Assembly: GCA_964417625.1 (NCBI GenBank)
Contig: CAYQIR010000002.1
Coordinates: 11,227-40,957, forward strand
Direction: 5' to 3'
DNA: 29,731 bases
Source: an uncultured Candidatus Saccharibacteria bacterium
Lineage (GTDB): Bacteria > Patescibacteriota > Minisyncoccia > Phycocordibacterales > WO2-35-19
Numbering within the stretch: position 1 is the first letter of the stretch; each line of letters begins with the position of its first letter. Below the pieces are notes generated by a model. The model did no database searches, was not told the DNA's origin, and was given only the letters and a program-made list of their open reading frames with translations. The position numbers were made by a program, and so were the translations under genes. This document shows positions 9,087 to 16,144 of the stretch, piece after piece.

Positions 9087-10193
9087 ATGAAAAGACTAGG
9101 GAAAATAAACAGGCCATTTTTGTGGTGGACAGTAGTGTTGGTCGTGGCCGGTTTTTTTATCTTTACTTCTGCGTCGCTTGGAGTGCTAGCCAGAGATGAG
9201 ATTAAATTCTCCAATGTCGCTTTCAATCAGATTTTTTATGGGCTTTTTATCGGGTCTATCGTGTGCTTGGCGATGGCCCGGATTGATTATCATTTTTGGA
9301 AAAAGAACGCTTTTATTTTTTTCGTAGGAGCGATAGTGTTGACTCTCTTAGTATTTGTACCGGGTCTAGGCATGGAGCACGGCGGAGCCAAGCGCTGGCT
9401 GAATTTAAGATTTATTACTTTCCAACCGGCCGAATTTTTGAAGATTGCCTTTATCGCTTATTTCGCCCTATGGCTGTCTCTGTTAAAAAACAAGGTCAGG
9501 ACTTTCAAATGGGGGTTTTTGCCTTTGTTTATATTCCTCGGCATCATAGGGGCAATCTTGCTTTCTCAGCCGGATACCGACACCTTCGCGGTGATTGCCT
9601 TTGCCGCCCTTTCCATGTACATCGCGGCCGGCGCCAAATGGCGGCATATTTTGGGCATTCTTTTGGTCGGAGTAGGGATTGTAGCAGTGCTTTACATGAC
9701 CAGGCCATACATCAAGCAAAGAATTGAGTCAATGATTAATCCTGGCATTAACAGCCAGACTAGCGGTTATCAGCTCAACCAGTCTATGATCGCCGTCGGG
9801 TCGGGCGAGTTTTGGGGCAAAGGATTCGGCAAAAGCGTCCAAAAATTCAGTTATCTGCCGGAGCCGATTGGGGATTCGGTCTTCGCGGTGGCGGCCGAAG
9901 AGTTCGGATTTTTCGGGATGTTTATAATGCTTGGCGTTTTCGTGATGTTTGGCCTGGAAGGAATGAGGATAGCCTCCAGAGCCCCTGATGACTTCGGTAG
10001 ACTGTTCTCCCTTGGAATTGTTATACTGATAGTGTCCCAGGCAATGGTCAATATTGGCGGTATGATAGGGGTCCTGCCATTAACCGGCATCCCTCTGCCT
10101 TTCGTGAGCCACGGCGGGACGGCGCTCCTCATCAATCTGGCGGAAGCCGGCATTATAATGAATATATCAAGGTCTGCAAGGTCAAAAGGGTAG
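9087..10193 (+). CDS. ftsW: SEDS-family peptidoglycan polymerase FtsW
   Basis: GAKRWL, FQPAEFLKI, QPDTDT, LPEPIGDSVFAV..EEFG and LPFVSHGG; lies directly upstream of murG. Confidence 0.9.
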   Translation: MKRLGKINRPFLWWTVVLVVAGFFIFTSASLGVLARDEIKFSNVAFNQIFYGLFIGSIVCLAMARIDYHFWKKNAFIFFVGAIVLTLLVFVPGLGMEHGGAKRWLNLRFITFQPAEFLKIAFIAYFALWLSLLKNKVRTFKWGFLPLFIFLGIIGAILLSQPDTDTFAVIAFAALSMYIAAGAKWRHILGILLVGVGIVAVLYMTRPYIKQRIESMINPGINSQTSGYQLNQSMIAVGSGEFWGKGFGKSVQKFSYLPEPIGDSVFAVAAEEFGFFGMFIMLGVFVMFGLEGMRIASRAPDDFGRLFSLGIVILIVSQAMVNIGGMIGVLPLTGIPLPFVSHGGTALLINLAEAGIIMNISRSARSKG

Positions 10194-10213
10194 CAGAATT
10201 TTAAATTTATCCT

Positions 10214-11347
10214 ATGAAGATTATCTTTACAGGCGGCGGTTCGGGCGGGCACTTTTATCCGATTATCGCAATAACCGAGTCCATAAAAAAAATCGCCAAG
10301 CAAAAAAAGCTGTTGACCCCAGAGATGTATTTTTTCGGACCAAGCCCTTACAATCAAGGATTGCTTTACGACCACAATATCCGATACCAAAAAGTTACGG
10401 CCGGCAAAATGCGCCGCTACTTTTCGGTTTTGAATTTTTTTGACGCATTCAAAACCGCTTGGGGCGTTCTGATGGCCCTGTTGGACGTGTTTGATATTTT
10501 CCCGGATGTAGTGTTCAGTAAAGGCGCTTACGGGAGCTTCCCGACCATTATGGCAGCGAAGCTTTTGCGCATCCCGGTCTTTATCCACGAGTCTGATTCG
10601 GTGCCGGGCCGGGTCAACAAATGGGCGGGCAAATTTGCGGCTCGCATTGCCGTTTCTTACAAAGAGGCAGGAAGCTATTTCAAAGCGGACAAAGTAGCCT
10701 ACACCGGCCAGCCGGTTTTGGAAGAAAAACTGGTTCCCATCACCAACGGGGCGCCGGAGTTTTTTGGCTTTGACCAGAGCCTGCCGACCTTGTTCATTCT
10801 AGGCGGCTCCCAGGGGGCGGAAGTGATAAATAACGCGGTCCTAGATGTCTTGCCGGACTTAGTCAAAGATTTCCAGATTATTCACCAGGCCGGCGGAGAA
10901 AATATTGAAGTCATGAAAGAATCAGCCGCAGCGATATTATTGGAAAATCCATACAAGGAAAGATACAGGCCGTTTGGCTATTTGAACAGCCTGGAAATGC
11001 GGATGGCCGCCGGACTTTGCAGTTTGGTCGTCAGCCGGGCCGGTTCAACTATTTTTGAAATATCGTCATGGGGCAAGCCATCCATCATCATCCCAATCAG
11101 TGACTCTAACGAAAACCACCAGGTCAAAAATGCTTTTGCTTACGCCAAAACAGGCGCTTGCAGCGTGCTGCAGGAAGAAAATCTGAAATCGCACATTTTT
11201 TTGGCCGAAATCAAGCGCATCATAAATAATAAAGAAATTAACGATAAAATGTCGGAAAGCGCTAAAAACTTTTTCAAGCCTGGCGCCGCCGACCAAATAG
11301 CGGAAGCGCTGCTTTCTATCGCTCTCTCGCACGAGAAGTTGGAGTAA
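10214..11347 (+). CDS. murG: Undecaprenyl-PP-MurNAc-pentapeptide GlcNAc transferase
   Basis: TGGGSGGHFYP, HESDSVPGRVN, GGSQGA, SRAGST and HQVKNA. Confidence 0.95.
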   Translation: MKIIFTGGGSGGHFYPIIAITESIKKIAKQKKLLTPEMYFFGPSPYNQGLLYDHNIRYQKVTAGKMRRYFSVLNFFDAFKTAWGVLMALLDVFDIFPDVVFSKGAYGSFPTIMAAKLLRIPVFIHESDSVPGRVNKWAGKFAARIAVSYKEAGSYFKADKVAYTGQPVLEEKLVPITNGAPEFFGFDQSLPTLFILGGSQGAEVINNAVLDVLPDLVKDFQIIHQAGGENIEVMKESAAAILLENPYKERYRPFGYLNSLEMRMAAGLCSLVVSRAGSTIFEISSWGKPSIIIPISDSNENHQVKNAFAYAKTGACSVLQEENLKSHIFLAEIKRIINNKEINDKMSESAKNFFKPGAADQIAEALLSIALSHEKLE

Positions 11348-11360
11348 CTCTCGCTTAAAA

Positions 11361-11396
11361 CCTAACCCCCTAAATCCCCCTTAACTTAAGGGGGAA
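11361..11396 (-). repeat. REP-like palindrome upstream of the DUF559 gene
   Basis: TCCCCCTTAA-c-TTAAGGGGGA (11375-11395) plus an AACCCCC tail in reverse orientation. Confidence 0.75.
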
Positions 11397-11450
11397 TTTA
11401 TGGAAAGCTTCGCTTGCTCTTAAATTCAAAAAAACGGTTATAATATTCGC

Positions 11451-11834
11451 ATGTATAAATTCAGTTTCAACAACACATCACTCAAAAATCGCAGAAGGAA
11501 GCTGCGAGCCAATCAAACCAATGCTGAGAAAAAATTGTGGGAATTTCTGCGAGGCAGAAGATTTCGTGGACTAAAATTTTATCGCCAGTTTAGTGTTGGA
11601 GCGTACATATTGGATTTTTACTGTTCAAAATTAAGGCTCGCCATTGAACTAGATGGAGGCCATCACAAAGAAAATGAAACGGTGCTGTACGATAAAGATA
11701 GAGAAAAAATTCTAAAGGCCTCGAATGTTCGCGTAATCAGATTTTGGAATGATGAAGTCGAAAATAACACAGAGAATGTGCTGGGAAAATTAGATGAAGA
11801 GATAAATAAGGAAGGTTTGGTTCCCCTCTCTTAA
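11451..11834 (+). CDS. DUF559 / Vsr-like PD-(D/E)XK endonuclease
   Basis: RRKLRANQTNAEKKLW, KFYRQ, ILDFYC, LAIELDGGHH, D..R...L...VIRFWN; TATAAT 6 nt upstream (leaderless). Confidence 0.9.
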   Translation: MYKFSFNNTSLKNRRRKLRANQTNAEKKLWEFLRGRRFRGLKFYRQFSVGAYILDFYCSKLRLAIELDGGHHKENETVLYDKDREKILKASNVRVIRFWNDEVENNTENVLGKLDEEINKEGLVPLS

Positions 11835-11862
11835 TTTAAGAGAGGGGATAGGGGTGAGTTAG
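11822..11862 (+). repeat. REP-like palindrome containing the DUF559 stop codon
   Basis: 13-bp IR TCCCCTCTCTTAA-t-TTAAGAGAGGGGA followed by TAGGGGTGAGTTAG. Confidence 0.8.
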
Positions 11863-11889
11863 AAAAAGGGTGCGGAGCATTCCACAAGT

Positions 11890-11924
11890 TCCCTCTTAAC
11901 TTAAGAGGGATTTAGAGAGTTAGG
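11890..11924 (+). repeat. REP-like palindrome, second copy downstream of DUF559
   Basis: 10-bp IR TCCCTCTTAA-c-TTAAGAGGGA followed by TTTAGAGAGTTAGG. Confidence 0.75.
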
Positions 11925-11949
11925 AGGGGAGGGCAGGGGGAGGTTTTCT

Positions 11950-11958
11950 TGCTATAAT
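11950..11958 (+). promoter_or_regulatory. Extended -10 promoter for a leaderless gltX transcript
   Basis: TGcTATAAT lies 6 nt upstream of the ATG at 11965. Confidence 0.6.
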
Positions 11959-11964
11959 GGCTCT

Positions 11965-13344
11965 ATGGAAAACAGCCAAAAAGTCGTGGTCAGATTCCCG
12001 CCGAGCCCAACCGGTTTTTTGCAAATGGGGAATGTCAGAACTCTGATTTATAATTATTTGTTCGCCAGACAAAATGGCGGCCAGTTTTTGCTCCGCATAG
12101 AAGACACTGACAAAGAAAGGTCAAAAAAAGAGTATGAGGATGCCATATTTGATGATATAAAATGGCTTGGGATTGATTATGACAACAAGCAAGAGGTTTG
12201 GAGATCATCACAAAGGACAGAGATATATAAGCAAAAATTGCATGAGTTAATTAATAAGGGGCATGCTTATATCTCTCAAGAAACTGAAGGAAAGAACAAA
12301 GAAGTTATAAGATTTAAAAATCCCGGCGGTAAAGTAAAATTTCAAGATTTGATAAGAGGAGAAATTGAAATAGACGTCTCTGACCTTGGTGATTTTATTA
12401 TTGCTAGAAACATAAACGATCCCTTGTATCACGTAGCCGTTTCTATTGATGACGCCGAAGCGGGTATGACTCACGTCATCCGAGGAGATGACCATATATC
12501 AAACACCCCCCGTCAGATTTTAATCATCGAGGCGCTAGGCGGTCAAAGGCCTATCTACGCCCACTTACCGATGGTTTTGGCTCCCGATAAAAGTAAACTA
12601 TCAAAAAGAAAACATGGGGAGGCCGTTTCTCTTAGGTATTATAAGGATAGAGGGTACGTACCCGAGGCTATAGTCAATTTCCTCGCAATGGTGGGTTGGA
12701 ACCCCGGAACTGACCAAGAGATTTTCAGTCTGGAAGAACTGATTAAAACTTTTGATTTGAGCAAAGTCCAAAAAAAAGGAGCGATTTTCAATGTAGAAAA
12801 ATTGGATTGGATGAACCGGGAATATATACTTCGTCTTTCAGACGAAGATAAATTTTCAATTTTTAATTTACAATTTTCAAAGACGAAATGGAAGGAACAC
12901 GAAAAAGGCAAGAATAGAGAATTCTTGGAAAAATTATCAAAGATTCTGCTAGACCGAATTCACCGCTCCGGAGAGGTGAGTGAAGCTATAAACTCGGGAG
13001 AATTTGATTATCTTTTTGAAAAACCGGTTTTGGAAAAAGAAAAAATCATGTGGAAAGGGCAAGATCCAGAAGAGGCAAAAATCTTATTACATGAATTAAC
13101 TAAAATTTTAGAAGGTGACACCGATCTAAATAAGATAAAAATTAAAATAATGGATTTAGCAGAAGGGAAGGCCCGCCCACCATCGCTACGCTCAGGCGTG
13201 AGCGGGCGGGGGAGCGTCCTCTGGCCTCTGCGTTACGCATTATCAGGGAGAGAAAGGTCACCTGATCCATTTACGTTAATTGATATTCTGGGAATCAAGG
13301 AGAGTAAAGAGAGAATTATGAAAGCTATGGAAATATTAACATAA
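11965..13344 (+). CDS. gltX: Glutamate-tRNA ligase
   Basis: RFPPSPTG, LRIEDTD, HVIRGDDH, KLSKR and LWPLRYALSG. Confidence 0.95.
   Translation: MENSQKVVVRFPPSPTGFLQMGNVRTLIYNYLFARQNGGQFLLRIEDTDKERSKKEYEDAIFDDIKWLGIDYDNKQEVWRSSQRTEIYKQKLHELINKGHAYISQETEGKNKEVIRFKNPGGKVKFQDLIRGEIEIDVSDLGDFIIARNINDPLYHVAVSIDDAEAGMTHVIRGDDHISNTPRQILIIEALGGQRPIYAHLPMVLAPDKSKLSKRKHGEAVSLRYYKDRGYVPEAIVNFLAMVGWNPGTDQEIFSLEELIKTFDLSKVQKKGAIFNVEKLDWMNREYILRLSDEDKFSIFNLQFSKTKWKEHEKGKNREFLEKLSKILLDRIHRSGEVSEAINSGEFDYLFEKPVLEKEKIMWKGQDPEEAKILLHELTKILEGDTDLNKIKIKIMDLAEGKARPPSLRSGVSGRGSVLWPLRYALSGRERSPDPFTLIDILGIKESKERIMKAMEILT
13171..13210. repeat. Palindromic in-frame insertion (33 nt, ARPPSLRSGVS) inside gltX
   Basis: GC-rich hairpin (GCCCGC/GCGGGC; CCCGCCC/GGGCGGG) inside AT-rich CDS, interrupting the K-GRG-x-VLWP motif. 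Confidence 0.6.
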
Positions 13345-14613
13345 ATGTTATCAAAAAAGCTTATCACAATAATACTGGCTGCGCTTTTAACACTTCATAT
13401 AACAAGTGTGTCTTTTGCCCAATCCGTAGACGAACTGAAGCAAAACATAAACAACCATAATGAAAAAATAAAGCAATTGGACGAGGAGATAAAAGTTTAT
13501 GAAAAGCAGCTGGAGCTGGCCGGCGACGAGGCGGCAACCCTGCAGAGCGCGATTAAAACTCTTGATTTGAACCAAAAAAAAATCAGCGCCGAAATAAGGA
13601 AAACCGAAACCAACATCCAAAAAACCAATCTGACTATTTCCAATCTGGACAATGAAATTACCGACACCTCCGCCAAAGTTAAATCTAATTCCGAGGCGGT
13701 TGTGAAAAGCCTCAACAGCATCCGGCAGAGAGACGAAGAGTCCCTGATTGAAAGCCTGCTCTCCAACAAAACCCTGGCAGATGTGCTGGACGAATACGAA
13801 TCGCTCTCCCAATTTCAGCAAAGCGTCAGGGAACAATCCAGGGAGCTGGAAATGCACAAAAAAGATCTGTCGGATAAAAAAACCATTAAAGAAACAGAAA
13901 AGCAAAAATTAATGTCTCTGAAAGGGGAGCAGAGCGACCAAAATCAGATACTCGGCATTACCAAAAAAGAAAAGAATACTCTGCTCACCGTCACCAAAAA
14001 CAAAGAGGCCAATTACAAAAAAAATCTTCAGGAAAAAATCGCCCTCAAAAACGCTTTTGAGCAGGAACTTTTGGAATTTGAATCCAAATTGAAATTCGCC
14101 ATTGACCCGAATAGTTATTCAAAAGCCGGCAAAGGCATTTTGCTCTGGCCCTTGGATAAAATAAAAATCACCCAGAAATTTGGCGATACCGACTTTGCCC
14201 GGGGAGGAGCCTACAACGGCAAAGGGCACAATGGCGTAGACTTCGGCGCATCCATAGGCACTCCGGTCAAATCGGCAGAGGCAGGCGTGGTAGTCGGCAC
14301 CGGCAATACCGATTTGGTCTGTTCCGGCGCCTCTTACGGCAAATGGGTCCTAATTGAACACCAAAACGGCCTCTCTACTTTGTACGCCCATCTTTCTTTG
14401 ATCAGTGTCAGCCAAAATCAGGAAGTTAAAAGAGGCGGTATGATAGGCTACTCTGGCAACACCGGTTACTCCACCGGACCTCACTTACACTTCACGGTTT
14501 ACGCCACCCAAGGAGTCCGCGTTATGGAGCGCAAAAGCCTGGTCTGCCGAGGCACTTACGTGATGCCGGTTGCCGACCTTAAAGCTTACCTGGACCCGAT
14601 GTCTTATTTGTAA
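13345..14613 (+). CDS. Secreted coiled-coil plus M23 peptidase (EnvC/CwlO-like murein hydrolase or activator)
   Basis: Signal peptide, long heptad region, HNGVDF, YAHLS and STGPHLHF. Confidence 0.9.
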   Translation: MLSKKLITIILAALLTLHITSVSFAQSVDELKQNINNHNEKIKQLDEEIKVYEKQLELAGDEAATLQSAIKTLDLNQKKISAEIRKTETNIQKTNLTISNLDNEITDTSAKVKSNSEAVVKSLNSIRQRDEESLIESLLSNKTLADVLDEYESLSQFQQSVREQSRELEMHKKDLSDKKTIKETEKQKLMSLKGEQSDQNQILGITKKEKNTLLTVTKNKEANYKKNLQEKIALKNAFEQELLEFESKLKFAIDPNSYSKAGKGILLWPLDKIKITQKFGDTDFARGGAYNGKGHNGVDFGASIGTPVKSAEAGVVVGTGNTDLVCSGASYGKWVLIEHQNGLSTLYAHLSLISVSQNQEVKRGGMIGYSGNTGYSTGPHLHFTVYATQGVRVMERKSLVCRGTYVMPVADLKAYLDPMSYL

Positions 14614-14643
14614 AAATAATTTATAATATAATTATCTTTCAAG

Positions 14644-14680
14644 GGGCATCCTTAAACTGCTCCGGTCCCAAAGGGTGCCC
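14644..14680 (+). other. Hairpin with conserved loop, copy 1 (candidate 5'-UTR RNA or DNA motif)
   Basis: 10-bp stem with one G-T pair and loop AAACTGCTCCGGTCCCA; TATAAT at 14622-14627 upstream. Confidence 0.5.
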
Positions 14681-14698
14681 ATTGGCAGAGAACAAAAA

Positions 14699-14989
14699 AT
14701 GATTCAGCAGTCAGATTTTAAAAAAATAAATAGGGAAGTCTCCCCCAATCCAAAACAGTCCGGCTTCATCCAAATAGCCGTCATTATCATCGGCGCTCTG
14801 GTTATCCTCAAGTATGCCTACGATATAGATGTCGTCGGTTTTCTCACCACAGGCAAATTCAGAGTCTGGCTGGACAAAATTTACAATCTAGCCAGTCTGG
14901 GCTGGCAAAAATACGATGCTTACATAATCAAAATTTGGAACTATTTTATTGATTTTGCAAAAAATTTGGTTGCTAAAGCCAGAGGATAG
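14699..14989 (+). CDS. Small membrane protein with a prepilin-like N-terminus (KQSG|FIQIAVIII)
   Basis: The ATG at 14699 lies outside the hairpin; basic/polar leader followed by GF and a hydrophobic helix. Confidence 0.65.
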   Translation: MIQQSDFKKINREVSPNPKQSGFIQIAVIIIGALVILKYAYDIDVVGFLTTGKFRVWLDKIYNLASLGWQKYDAYIIKIWNYFIDFAKNLVAKARG

Positions 14990-15121
14990 GAAGTATTTTA
15001 AAAGAAATATTATATAAATATTATATTTTGTTCATAAAAATTTATTCTGCGTAAGTGGGGAAGTGCATATTTTGGAAAACGGCCGGACCCTGTGTTTATT
15101 TATATATAGTTATAGTATTGT

Positions 15122-15314
15122 GTCGCAAAGATATATTGTGCGACGTTACTACTGTTGCTATCACCCGTCAAAGGGCGTCTTTAAACTGCCCTGTCCCAAA
15201 AGACGCCCTTTGACGGGACAACGGTCCCAAAGGGCTGTGTCCTTGGCAACCTTTGGCTTGACGGGAAAACAAAAATCCCCTTCCGATGTCCATCGGAATA
15301 GGGATTTTTGTTTT
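15122..15314 (+). ncRNA. Candidate ~190-nt structured ncRNA
   Basis: Perfect 19-bp stem at 15164-15182/15199-15217 with loop AAACTGCCCTGTCCCA; closing stem at 15154-15160/15244-15250; further hairpins; ends in a terminator. Strand inferred from G-T pairs. Confidence 0.4.
15266..15314. terminator. Bidirectional intrinsic terminator
   Basis: AAAACAAAAATCCC/GGGATTTTTGTTTT outer IR with inner TTCCGATG/CATCGGAA; lies just beyond the stop of the minus-strand gene at 15332. Confidence 0.75.
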
Positions 15315-15331
15315 AAGTCATTTCAACTATT

Positions 15332-15901
15332 TTATTTTACAGCTAATTCTTTGTATTCAGAATAGGCGGACGTTCTTCCCCAGCACCCGACAGAGGACTG
15401 CCAGGGTCTGACTCCATACTTCTCAAACAAGTGCCTCCCATAAGCGGTGTTCCCTTCTATGGTCAGGATATCGTATCCGAGCTTATCGGAATCGGTGCTG
15501 TGATAGTATTCGTTGATTTGCATTACTCCCCGGTCCAAGCTATTTTGCTCGCCCCGGAGCACTTCGCCGTTCTCGCCATACTGGCGGAAGCGGGATTCGC
15601 ATCTGGCAATTTCAACCATTACTGGTATGTCAGAAAAATAATTTCTGACATATTTCTCCACTTCCACACCCTTCCCTATTTCCACTCTCATTCTTGATTC
15701 TTTCGCCTCTACGGCTATAACCAGCGGTTTTTCCGGTGCGATAAAGGGATTGAATGATGCTCCGCCAAACCCCGTGATACTGGAAGCGATCATCATAAAC
15801 CCCAAAGCGGCAGTTTCGAAAATAAGCCTATTGTTTAATTTTAATCCAATCCATTTTGTGCGTGGCAGGGATTCCCTACCCTCCCGTCTGAATGAATTCA
15901 A
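15332..15901 (-). CDS. Lysozyme-fold / soluble lytic transglycosylase-like secreted protein (true start probably downstream)
   Basis: IARCES catalytic Glu motif, GVMQIN, GN..YG..L...G..PW..S..CW; signal-like FMMIASSITGFG. Confidence 0.75.
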   Translation of the reverse strand: MNSFRREGRESLPRTKWIGLKLNNRLIFETAALGFMMIASSITGFGGASFNPFIAPEKPLVIAVEAKESRMRVEIGKGVEVEKYVRNYFSDIPVMVEIARCESRFRQYGENGEVLRGEQNSLDRGVMQINEYYHSTDSDKLGYDILTIEGNTAYGRHLFEKYGVRPWQSSVGCWGRTSAYSEYKELAVK

Positions 15902-16066
15902 TACGGGTAAACTTCAAAAGTTAACAAAATGTTTGGGAGCTCTTTATGAAAGAAATCGCAAACTCGAACCATGTTGTTGTTGCCTGCGCTTTAACACAAG
16001 GGCTCTATCCCACTCCGCCAAAGGCTTCGCGGGAATAAATAAATCCAGTACTACTGGATTGCAATA

Positions 16067-16095
16067 AGCATAGCATATTTTGCTCTTGCTGTCAA
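16067..16095 (-). promoter_or_regulatory. Sigma70-type promoter for the SLT-like gene
   Basis: Minus strand TTGACA, 17 nt, TATGCT with TG extension; predicted start coincides with the 9-bp hairpin at 16042-16060. Confidence 0.6.
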
Positions 16096-16144
16096 TACAA
16101 AAGTGTGGTCTAATTTAGACGCCAAAAAGCTCGTAATTCGTGTC

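Noticed and set aside
14675-14698. GTG start at 14675 for the small membrane protein
   Set aside because: Buried in the hairpin stem; the ATG at 14699 is more plausible.
14644-15217. Fluoride riboswitch or integron attC identity for the conserved-loop hairpins
   Set aside because: The TAAAC resemblance is not accompanied by the fluoride GAUG..UGAUG elements, and there are no RYYYAAC/GTTRRRY attC boxes or integrase.
15063-15365. 100-aa ORF on the + strand
   Set aside because: Runs through hairpins and a terminator, overlaps the SLT gene end and has no recognisable motifs; better explained as structured non-coding sequence.
15850-16060. c-di-AMP (ydaO) riboswitch upstream of the SLT-like gene
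   Set aside because: Diagnostic GCUGAAUCC, GGAAC..GGGG and CCCGUCAGCUAAC segments are not present in the leader.
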